A stretch of 60,701 bases of DNA, taken from NCBI GenBank assembly GCA_002269645.1, contig NIVC01002037.1, positions 211,518-272,218 of the forward strand, read 5' to 3'. Under the pieces are notes generated by a model, which was given only the letters and a program-made list of their open reading frames with translations, was not told the DNA's origin and searched no databases. Positions 12,759 to 24,300 of the stretch are shown piece after piece. Numbering within the stretch: the stretch's first letter is position 1; each line of letters begins with the position of its first letter. A program made the position numbers and the translations under genes. This DNA is from Macrostomum lignano. Taxonomy: Eukaryota.

Positions 12759-13417
12759 GTAAAAACTCTTTGTTTCGTAATTCTACTTTTTAGTGCTTCT
12801 GTGCTCAAAGCTTCCTAATGGGGTCTCGCTCAAGCAGAAGCTGTGAAACAATTTAGGAAAGAAGCACCACATATCTGCTTTCACATGTATAGCTTGTATT
12901 AAAATATTGAGGCACTTTCGGTTTGATCTTACGATATGGAGAAGTATCTGATATATGCCTGGGTAATTCTCGCATAAAATAAAACGAAATTGCTCTGATT
13001 ACATCTACTACTGTTTCAGTAGCATAAGTCAGTTTTAGATGCTAAAAATAGGCGGCGAGTTTGATTTTCATTTTTCACCAATTCTAACTATAAGCTACCT
13101 TTTACGAGCTACTAAAATGTTAAGCAGCACAGCATCAGAGTCAGCCAATGCATTTTTTGCCAAAAGGTCAAACTCGTACTAATCTTGAAATCTCGATCTA
13201 CATGCATTGTATTTGTTATATAGCTCGCACAGGCATTGAAGCAATGTAATCTATTAACTGGCTCATACCAAAGCAGAGAGGCAATAAATATAGTCTAGAA
13301 AATATATTAAATATTGTCAATATTCCATCGGATGTTGCGCCAAAGAGCAGCTACAGGTGTGCAGAGACTTCATGCCTAGAGAATCTACCAAAATGATCAG
13401 CGACAGACCATCGCAGG

Positions 13418-14180
13418 TTACTCAGTGTACAGCTTCACCCAGACCCACTGGGCCTCGCTGGCGACCTCGCTGGGCACAGCGGCGAATCTCATGAGGCGGC
13501 ACATCCGGCTGGACTGCACGAAGGCGCAGGCGAGGCAGTCCGGGCTTCGGTGGCAGGCGGCGAGACACTCGAAGGCCACCGTGGCCTCCTGGCTCCAGTA
13601 GGTGCTGTTCTCCGGCTGTCCGGGCGCGGTGGTGAGCATCGACTTGGTTGAGGCCACGCGCTTGAAGAGGCCGGTCTCTGAGCAGCAGCACAAATGCAGA
13701 AAAATGTAGATGCAGGAATTGTTAGCCAAAAGACCCGAAAATGTTCTTACCGGGCGCATAGATGTTCTCATAAATGGAGTTTCTACTTTGACCGCCGCAC
13801 TTCTGGCTGCTGTTTCCAGTGCAGTCTTCGTTACACTCAGAATCTGATGGAGCGGCTCCGTGCAGTCCGTAGCTGTTGCCGCAGAAGCAGAAGGCTCGTG
13901 CCTGCAGACCGAAGTAGCGAAATCTGCCCAGGGCGCAGAGGCTGCTGCAGCTCTCGATGGTGACGGTGGCCATATTGAAAAAGTAGGCGAACTCTATCTT
14001 ATCGGTGAAAGGCCCGATGGTCTTCAGCCCAGTCAGGCCTTTCAAATCTCTATTGCTGTTGCTGTCAACAAAGCAGCCGATGTATCCGTGATGCAGCACA
14101 CTTGGCTGACTCATCGCCACCAGGAACAGCAGGGCCAGAGGCACGGATAGGAGGACAATCAGGTGCACGGAGCGCTGCAT
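13418..14180 (-). CDS. Secreted WSC + PAN/apple-like protein 4 (exons 14180-13751, 13677-13418; 229 aa)
   Basis: Signal peptide MQRSVHLIVLLSVPLALLFLVAMS and 8-Cys WSC domain. 73-bp phase-1 intron GTAAGA...GCTCAG. Same C-terminal module as genes 1 and 3. Confidence 0.88.
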
Positions 14181-14433
14181 GCTGGCGCACTGGCGGTTAC
14201 AGTAAGCTGGATGAAGACTGAAGGCTGCTGGACACCCTTTGACTAGATTTGCAGGCAAGCCAAGAGACCAAGCCAAGACGTCTTAGGCGGATGCGTATTA
14301 TATACAAAATTCGCCACAAGAAACAATGGCATGAATGAATGAAATTCATGCAGATGCAATTTCATTGGTTGCTGCGACTCGCGGGCCTAGTGGCAAAAGT
14401 TCTCTTGGGCAGACTGGCGAGCAGTTCAGACAG

Positions 14434-14447
14434 GTTGCCATGGTAAC
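14434..14447. promoter_or_regulatory. RFX X-box GTTGCCATGGTAAC upstream of gene 4
   Basis: One base from the perfect palindrome, ~250 bp before ATG 14180. Minus-strand CCAAT at 14368-14364 and TATATAAT at 14304-14297. Confidence 0.62.
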
Positions 14448-15621
14448 CAGCAAAACACAAGCAGCTCAGCTCCCCCTTTGTCCATCTTGACCATGCAGCA
14501 GAGAGACAAGAAACAAAGCTCGCTTTGTCTCGCTTGATTGACACGGCTGACAGTTTTTCTCAGCCTCCCTAGGTAAGGTGGTTTAATCTCCATACAGTCA
14601 TGCGGCTTGCCCACAGACCTGCATCTGCACTCCCACAGGGCAGGATGAATGACACGGCTATGGCAATTTCCTGAATCTGCACGGATCGCCTTCAGGAAGT
14701 GGATCCGAAGCGCGCGCGAAGAACTGCTGCGGAGTTCTCTGCATGACTGCTTCTCCTAGTAGCAGCTTTCTTCTGCTTCGCACAGCAACGCGGGTGGTCG
14801 CGCGTTTTCTCCAGCGCTGGAGGAAGCACTGCCGCTCCGAGCAACCCCAGGGAGGTCATTGTTAAGCTACACGAAACCAAGTGAAGCTACGGATGGCAGC
14901 TAATACAAAAAAATTGAAACAAAAGACAGCAGCGAGAATGCTTTGCATGGCATGCCTTGTCAGAGAACTTCTAAAAAGATTAACTGAGCAGCTGTCAGCA
15001 AAGATTCAGAGCTTCAATCTTGGGCAGTGTTGAATGAAGAAAGCACTACATAAGGAAGAGTGCGAGTTGAGCATGATCGAGCATTGTACTAATGCACTGA
15101 TGGTCATCCGAAACATTCAAACTGATGGACACCTGAAGCATCTCATTCACCCGATGAAAACAGTAACCTTGGCCAAGAAGCGTCCCGGAGTCATTTGCGC
15201 CGCCCGGGAATCGTTGCAGGGACACAGGTAAAATAGAAAAGTTACCTAAGACGACTCTAAAACGATGAGATGTCACAGTATAAGTCGCCATAAAAAATTA
15301 CCTTAGAGTCAATTTGAGGCATTGTCTCTGAATTCTGAAACGATTATGGGGCGCTTCTACATGTATAATGACTCTGGGGCCGTGGAGTCGTACCTGATAC
15401 GTACTAGAGTCCGCAGAAAGTTAAGCGCTCTCGGACGATTTTTTCGCGACTGTTACGATTCTAAAACTCGCGTGATTCGCCCATGACTCAACAGTCGCCT
15501 CTCCGTTGCATTTACAGTCGGTTGAGTCGAGAGTCGTCCCAGAGCCACTAGTGAACTGTTGGCAAGGATTCTTTTAGCGATTCTTGTCACGATAACGTTT
15601 TCAACGGGTTGACCCGACAGA

Positions 15622-16843
15622 CACCCGAGACATCCCACTCGTATTCAACCCCAAGGACACCTGAGACATCCCTGTTCAACCAAATTGACACCTGAGACAT
15701 CCCGTTCAACCAAATTGACACCTGAGACATCCCGTTCAACCAAATTGACACCTGAGACATCCCTGTTCAACCAAATTGACACCTGAGACATCCCTGTTCA
15801 ACCAAATTGACACCTGAGACATCCCTGTTCAACCAAATTGACACCTGAGACATCCCTGTTCAACCAAATTGACACCTGAGACATCCCTGTTCAACCAAAT
15901 TGACACCTGAGACATCCCTGTTCAACCAAATTGACACCTGAGACATCCCTGTTCAACCAAATTGACACCTGAGACATCCCTGTTCAACCAAATTGACACC
16001 TGAGACATCCCGTTCAACCAAATTGACACCTGAGACATCCCGTTAAACCAAATTGACATCCGAAACATCCCATGTAACACAATGGACACCTGAAACATCC
16101 CATGCAACCAAATGGACACCTGAAACATTCCATGCAACCCAATGGACACCTGAAACATTCCATACAACCCAATGGACACCTGAAACATTCCATACAACCC
16201 AATGGACACCTTAAACATTCCATACAACCCAATGGACACCTGAAACATTCCATACAAACCAATGGACACCTGAAACATTCCATACAACCCAATGGACACC
16301 TGAAACATTCCATACAACCCAATGGACACCTTAAACATTCCATACAACCCAATGGACACCTGAAACATTCCATACAACCCAATGGACACCTTAAACATTC
16401 CATACAACCCAATGGACACCTGAAACATTCCATGCAAGCTAATGGACACCTGAAACATCCCATGCAAGCTAATGGACACCTGAAACATTCCATACAACCC
16501 AATGGACACCTGAAACATTCCATGCAAGCTAATGGACACCTGAAACATCCCATGCAAGCTAATGGACACCTGAAACATCCCATGCAATCTAATGGACACC
16601 TGAAACATCCCATGCAAGCTAATGGACACCTGAAACATCCCATGCAAGCTAATGGACACCTGAAACATCCCATGCAATCTAATGGACACCTGAAACATCC
16701 CATGCAATCTAATGGACACCTGAAACATCCCATGCAACCCAATGGACACCTTAAACATCCCATGCAACCCAATGGACACATGAAAAAACCCATGCAACCC
16801 AATGGACACCTTAAACATCCCATGCAACCCAATGGACACTTTA
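15622..16843. repeat. Compound minisatellite: 31/30-bp unit GACACCTGAGACATCCCTGTTCAACCAAATT switching near 16050 to 30-bp unit AATGGACACCTGAAACAT(T/C)CCAT(A/G)CAACCC
   Basis: Directly visible; about 13 + 26 units sharing the GACACCTGA-ACAT-CC core. Confidence 0.95.
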
Positions 16844-17799
16844 AACAGAAACTAAAGCAACAATATCAATAAATATTAATGATTGAATAGCGAAAACAAT
16901 TCGAAAATACGTATTTTTCCAGTTGGTTAAAAGATAGCCAAGTATATTGTGTTAGTTCGATATAACAAAATTTAACCAAAAATCTTGCTGATTGGGCAAC
17001 AATCCTCATAATGGAACGTTGAAAAAGAAATGGACAAGCAGAGCAGCAGACAGGTCAATAAATTTATTAACATCAAATTCTCGAGGGCATTGCCATGCAG
17101 CTATTCTTTCATATTTGATTTATAAAACCAAAAAACTCATAATTTGGCCAAAAAGCAGCTCTAAGGACTAATGGGAGACCAGTTTCTGTAACAGAATTTT
17201 AATATAAAAACTACAACAATAAGGCAAGATGCGTACACGGTACTATAAGTAGGCTACTCAATAAACATGCAGAAAGTTTATAAATTGACAGAAAAAACAA
17301 ACAAGTGAATGTTGATTGCTAGCTAAGTAAAACAAAGCCTATCACGCGGTGCATTCGTGACGAATTATAATAATAAAGTCTACTATGCATAATAATTATG
17401 GCAAAATGGGAGAAAATTCCTATTAAATAAAAATTTCTAGCGCTCATTAAAAAAACTGCAAGCGTCATTGATAATCAGAACAGACACTGCGCGAGTTCAA
17501 CCGGTGCATGATCACGGAGCCTAATGAACAGTTCATACGGACTAAAAAATAACAGAAAAACGCGGATGTAGAAAACTAAAGGAAACGCAGGAATCTGGCT
17601 GTGGGACTCGAGTTGCTGATAAATATCTGCTGACAGGCACTGGCGGCGAGTTGAGGAGTGGCTGCGGTTGCACTGGCCGAGTTTGTTACAAACTGAATTC
17701 TGATGCACGAATATAACAAATGAGGATAGTCTGAGAGCGGGAGGCAAGGGGACTGACGGGATCTTGAGTGTATTAAGAAAAGAGAGGGGAGAAGAGGAG

Positions 17800-18215
17800 A
17801 GGAAGACAGAGAGAGAGAGAGTGGAAGAGGGAGAAGGAGAGGGTGGAGAGGAAGGAGAGGGTGGAGAGGGTAAAGAGGAAGGAGAGGAAGGAGAGGGTGG
17901 AGAGGGTAAAGAGGAAAGAGAGGGTGGAGAGGAAGGAGAGGGTGGAGAGGAAGGAGAGGGTGGAGAGGAAGGAAAGGGTGGAGAGGAAGGAGAGGGTGGA
18001 GAGGAAGGAGAGGGTGGAGAGGAAGGAGAGGGTGGAGAGGAAGGAGAGGGTGGAGAGGAAGGAGAGGGTGGAGAGGAAGGAGAGGGTGGAGAGGAAGGAG
18101 AGGGTGGAGAGAGTAGAGAGGGTAAAGAGGAAGGAGAGGGTGGAGAGGGTGGAGAGGAGTGGAAAGGAAGGAGAGGATGGAGAGGGTGGAGGAGAGACTG
18201 GAAGGAGGGAGTAGG
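17800..18215. repeat. Purine-rich 18-bp repeat (GAGGGTGGAGAGGAAGGA), probably in the PC 3' UTR
   Basis: About 22 units just downstream of the PC stop. Candidate minus-strand AATAAA at 17068-17063. Confidence 0.9.
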
Positions 18216-18380
18216 AGAGAGCTGAAGACAGAGAGCTGATGCATGCAGAGAGGAGGCCAAGGCCAATGAAACTCGGCATAGCGGCACCCACTAGACAAGC
18301 CAGAACCAGTCGTTGCTACCAGAATCAAATGGGCTCCCACACCGCCAGCAACAGTGAGTCCGGCAGCTGCGCAACCGCCA

Positions 18381-21300
18381 TCACTCCATATCGATGAGCA
18401 GATCGTTGCCCTCCACTTTGTCCCCGGCGCCAACGTGGATGGTTTTGATTCGGCCGGCGATTGGCGCGGTGACCACCAGCTCCATCTTCATGGCGGACAC
18501 CACCATGAGCGGCTGGCCCTTCTCAACCACATCGTCCGACTGCACCTTGACGTCGAGGATCTCGCCAGGCATCGGGGCACCGATGGAGCCCTTGACGGTG
18601 GCCTTGGCCTTGGGACGGATGGTCACGTTCTTTGAAGCCTCCTAAAAAAGTGAAAAAAACGCGTTTTTCTACTAAATAGTAGACCGATGCGGTTTTGCTA
18701 AGTAATAATAGCAAGTTACTAAAAGTTTACGAATATAAGCAAGCATTTTGAGCTTCAACTTTTATGCGATTTGAGGACATTTTTTCCATGGTTCAGGGCG
18801 ATTCTTCTGCAGGATCAGGGGCGATTCTGATGGATCGGGGGCGATTCTGATGGATCGGGGGCCGGCGATTCTGATGGATCGGGGGCGATTCTGATAGATC
18901 GGGGGCCGGCGATTCTTCTGCAGGATCAGGGGCGATTCTGATGGATCGGGGGCGATTCTGATGGATCGGGAGCCGGCGATTCTGATGGATCGGGGGCCGG
19001 CGATTCTGATGGATCGGGGGCCGGCGATTCTGATGGATCAGGGGCGATTCTGATGGATCGGGGGCGATTCTGATGGATCGGGGGCGATTCTGATGGATCG
19101 GTGGCCGGCGATTCTTTTGGATCGGGGGCGATTCTGATGGATCGGGGGCGATTCTGATGGATCAGGGGCGATTCTGATGGATCAGGGGCGGTTCTGAAGG
19201 ATCAGGGGCGATTCTGATGGATAGGGGGGCGATGATCCTGGTGGATTTAAAGGCGGTTCTTTAACTGCTTCTAGTGAAGTTCCAGCGATTCCCATTGTTC
19301 TTTTATGACTGTAAGAAGTTTTACTAAGATCTTTAGCTAAGCCAGCTGCTAGCATTACCTTGTCAGTGATGTAGACCACTCTCTGCTGGCCGTTCAGCTC
19401 GAAGAAGCACTCGCTCTTGCCCGTCTTGTCCGGCTCGGCCACGGCCAGCGGCTTGATGTAGATGGTCTTGCCGCGCTCCAGGTGGAGCTCCAGCTCCTCG
19501 GCAATCTTCGGGCCCTGGAAGAACACGCGGGTCTGCAGCTTGCTGACCGGCCCGTACTTCTGGCGGATCGCCGCGAAGTCGTCGAACACGCGCGGATAAA
19601 GAGCGGCGCTAATCACGTCTTTGTCGCTGATCTCCTGGTCGCCGAATTTCTCCTGCAGGCTGGCCCGCAGAGCGTCGAAGTCCAACGGCGGCAACTCGGC
19701 GCCCGGCCGGCCGGAGAAGCGCGGCTGCCGGCCCTGCAGGACGCCGCGGGACAGCTGCTCGGGGAAGCCGCCAACCGGCTGGCCGATCAGGCCGTCGAAG
19801 AATTCCACCACCGAGGTGGGGAAGGACAGCTCGGAGGCCTTGTCGATGACGTCCTGCTTGGACAGGTTGTTGGCCACCATGAACTGGGCCAGGTCGCCCA
19901 CGATCTTCGAGCTGGGAGTCACCTGGAGGGTTCGAGAAGCATAGTTATTGAGTAGTGTAGTTGAGTAGTATAATTGAGTAGTATAATTGAGAAGTATAAT
20001 TGAGTAGTATATTTAAGTAGTATAATTGAGTAGGATAATTGAGTAGGATAATTGACTAGTATAATTGAGTAGCACAACGAGTAGTATAATTGAGTAGGAT
20101 AACTGAGTAGTATAATTGAGTAGTACAACTGAGTAGTACACTGTGTAGTATAATGGAGTAGGATAACTGAGTAGTATAATTGAGTAGTACAACTGAGTAG
20201 TACAACTGAGTAGTATAATTGAGTAGGATATCTGAGTAGTATAATTGAGTAGTACAACTGAGTAGTACACTGAGTAGTATAATTGAGTAGGATAACTGAG
20301 TAGTATAATTGAGTAGTACAACTGAGTAGTACAACTGAGTAGTACAACTGAGTAGTATAATTGAATAGGATAACTGAGTAGTATAATTGAGTAGTACAAC
20401 TGAGTAGTACACTAAGTAGTATAATTGAGTAGGATAACTGAGTAGTATAATTGAGTAGTACAACTGAGTAGTACAACTGAGTAGGATAACTGAGTAGTAT
20501 AATTGAGTAGTACAACTGAGTAGTACAACTGAGTAGGATAACTGAGTAGTATAATTGAGTAGTACAACTGAGTAGTATAATTGAGTAGGATAATTGACTA
20601 GGATAACTGAGTAGTATAGACCGGAATTCCGGGGAGCAGTCCAGACTGGGGTAGGGAATTAAAACCAGTGGATAAGAATGTGATAAGAGAAATTATTGCG
20701 TATACGATATTATGGGAGTTATAGAAAGAAGGAAACGGCGAAGCCAAACCTTAATAATATCGCCCATAAGCTCGTTGGCTTCGGCAAATTTCTTCTTGAC
20801 CAGCTCAAACTGGTTGGACAGGCCCAGGCTGATAGACTGGAACTGCAGGTTGGTGTACTGGCCACCTGGGATCTCGTTTTCGTACACGTCCGCGTTGCCG
20901 CTGCGCATGGTGCTGGTGCACTCAAAGTTGGCGTACAGCCGCCTGCGGGAGCGGGGGTGATGCTGGGTTTCCGCGCATGCCACCAGGGAAATCCGTGACT
21001 TAGTACCTAGAAAACGGGTGACTTAGTACCGGGGAACCGGTGACTTAAAGCCGGGAAACCGGTGAGTGGTGACTTAGTAATAATCAATAAGAAAAAAAAA
21101 TGGAACAGGACAAACCAGTTCACCTGGGAACAGGACAAACCAGTTCACCTGGGAACAGGACAAACCAGTTTACTTGGGAACAGGACAAACCAATTCACCT
21201 GGGAACAGGACAAACCAGTTCACCTGGGAACAGGACAAACCAGTTTACCTGGGAACAGGACAAACCAGTTCACCTGGGAACAGGACAAACCAGTTCACCT

Positions 21301-24300
21301 GGGAACAGGACAAACCAGTTCACCTGTTGACAGTTCACACATTCACCCGAGAAGCAGGCGCATACCTGGCCACCTCCCAATACGCGCTATACGGAGTGAC
21401 ATCGCTGAGTTTGACTCCGCAGTCCTGCTGCAGGCAGGACACCAAAGCGCCCATAGACGGCTGCGAGGTGATGCCGCTCATGGAGTCGACGGCGCAGTCG
21501 ATGATGTCGGCGCCGGCATCGGCGCAGGCTAGCAGTGTGGCAACTCCAGCGCCGGCGGTGTCGTGGGTGTGCACGTGCAGCGGGTGGTCCGGGAAGGCCT
21601 TCTTCAAGGCGCCGATGAGGGCGCGGGCGCCGGCCGGTTTCAATAGGCCGGCCATGTCCTTGACGGCCAGGATGTGCGTGCCCGACTCCACCAGCTGGTC
21701 GGCGGTCTTCAGGTAATAGTCCATGTTGTACTTTTTCGAGCTGGGTGTTATTAAAGGATTAGGCGTGATGACTTTCCGCAATTTTGAAAGCTAAGCTCCA
21801 CATCTTGTACTTTTAGTCCAGTACTCATTTTTTTGGCGCCACCCCCCAGTGCCCCGATTGAGACCCCAAATTTTAATGGCATCAGTTTTGAAGCTTGATG
21901 ATGCCTTATGAGATCAAAACTATATTGGTGCCAGATGCGACCCGTTTTGGCGCCATTTAAGACACGCTTTTTGCGCCATTTGAGGCACCCATTTTGGCGC
22001 CATTTTGTTAAAATGTTTGATGGAATTTCAGACACCTATTTTGGCGCCATTTCAGTAATTTTTGGCGCCATTTCAGTAAATTTTGGCGCAATTTGAGTAA
22101 ATTTTGGCGCCATTTCAGACACCTTTTTGGCGCCATTTCAGTAATTTTTGGCGCCATTTCAGTAAATTATGGCGCCATTTCAGACACCTTTTTGGCGCCA
22201 TCTACGACATATTTACGCGAAATATGAGATCTATCGGCGCCACTTGGGACTGATTTCAGCTTACTTGAGCACATCTCCAGTGTAGCACACGGCAGCCTCG
22301 ACAACTCCGCCAGCCTTCCTCACGGCGTCCATGCCGACTTCCATATTAGGAACATAGTTAAGCGAGTCGAACACGCGGAAAATGTCCATGCCGGATTTCA
22401 CGGCCTGGTCGCAGAACTTGTACACCACATTGTCCGGATAGTTGGTGTAGCCAACAGCACTGGCGCCGCGCAGCAGCATCTGGAAGGGGATGTTGGGCAC
22501 CTGCTGGCGCAGCTCCTCCAGCCGCTCCCAGGGGCACTCGTGCAGGAACCGCATGGCCACGTCGAAGGTTGCGCCGCCCCAGCACTCCAGCGACAGCAGG
22601 CCGGACAAATTTCTGGCCGCGTAGGGCGCGATTTTCAGTAGGTCGTAGGTTCGAACCCGGGTTGCTAGGAGCGACTGATGGGCGTCGCGCATTGTGGTGT
22701 CGGTGAGCAGCACGCTCGGGTGCTCCTTGATGGCGCGGGCGAAGGCTTCGGGACCCTGGTCCACTAGGATTTGGCGCCAGCCCTTCGGCGGCTCAGCGGC
22801 TGCAATTGTTTTGGGCAGTGGAGTTGCGGTTATTTATTAATACTTTCGATACATATCGGCAAAACTATTATACAGTATTCACAATAGAGCTACTGAATAT
22901 CTTGACATCTCCGTACTCCGCACATACTCCGTGCCTTACTTGGGGTCAGCCCTAGATTAAAGTGGCGGCCCGGGTTTACTGCTGCGCTGCTTCAGTCCCT
23001 TATGGAAATCAGACAGTTCTATCGTGAGCACAATTGAGAACAGGACTCACTGTAGTCCACCTGCGGCACCGTTGGCTGTACGTCGGGTATGCGAATCTCG
23101 GGTATGCCCAGCGGAGTCATGGACTTGTTGACCAGGATTTCGCCTGAAAGGGGGATGATTGATGTTTAGAAAAATTTAGAGGCTAAAATTGATAAGGCAT
23201 TACTTTCAAGGTAGACTTAGACTATTGAATAAGCTCATTGGTTGGTCAAAACTAGGATAAAAGTGGTGCTTAGTATGACGACTGAAAGCTGGCATTCAAA
23301 ATGGCATCAAATCTGAGGACTGGCATCAGAAATGGCATCAAATCTGAGGACTGGCATCAGAAATGGCATCAAATCTGAGGACTGGCATCAGAAATGGCAT
23401 CAAATCTGAGGACTGGCATCAGAAATGGCATCAAATCTGAGGACTGGCATCAGAAATGGCATCAAATCTAAGGGCTATCATCAGAAATGGCATCAAATCT
23501 GAGGACTGGCATCAGAAATGGCATCAAATCTAAGGACTGGCATTCAAAATGGCATCAAATCTGAGGGCTGGCATTCAAAATGGCATCAAATCTGAGGGCT
23601 GGCATTCAAAATGGCATCAAATCTGAGGGCTGGCATCAGAAATGGCATCAAATCTGAGGACTGGCATCAGAAATGGCATCAAATCTGAGGGCTGGCATTC
23701 AAAATGGCATCAAATCTTAGGGCTGGCATCAGAAACGGCATTAAATCTGAGGACTGGCAACAAATCTGAGGGCTGGCATCAGAAATGGCATCAAATCTGA
23801 GGACTGGCATCAGAAATGGCATCAAATCTAAGGACTGGCATTCAAAATGGCATCAAATCTGAGGACTGGCATTCAAAATGGCATCAAATCTGAGGGCTGG
23901 CATTCAAAATGGCATCAAATCTGAGGACTGGCATCAGAGATGGCACCAAATCTGAGGGCTGGCATCAGAAATGGCATCAAATCTGAGGACTGGCATCAGA
24001 AATGGCATCAAATCTGAGGACTGGCATCCGAGATGGCATCAAATCTGAGGACTGGCATCAGAGATGGCACCAAATCTGAGGGCTGGCATCAGAGATTGAT
24101 GCCAGCAGCAGTGAATGAAAATCACCAATGAAGTGGATCAGCCGCTGAGCGCGGTTCTTGTGAGCCTGCAGCTTGAACAGCTCCGGGTGCTGGTCAATAA
24201 ACGAAGTGTCCGTGGTGCCGGACAGAAACTTCTCGCTGCGCAGCACGTTCAGCAGGAACGGAATGTTGGTCTTGACGCCGCGGACGCGGAATTCTCGCAG

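Noticed and set aside
12125-12818. ORFs (CNISNHE)n, (IADIAFM)n, (MNAISAI)n
   Set aside because: Translations of a 21-bp minisatellite in three frames.
15922-16872. Cys-rich ORF (CMGCFRCPLG)n resembling a metallothionein or keratin-associated protein, plus overlapping ORFs
   Set aside because: Product of a 30-bp unit that is open in several frames on both strands; no ATG context, signal peptide or splice support.
17475-18433. Extensin-like Pro/Ser and Glu/Gly ORFs
   Set aside because: Translations of the purine-rich 18-bp repeat downstream of the PC stop.
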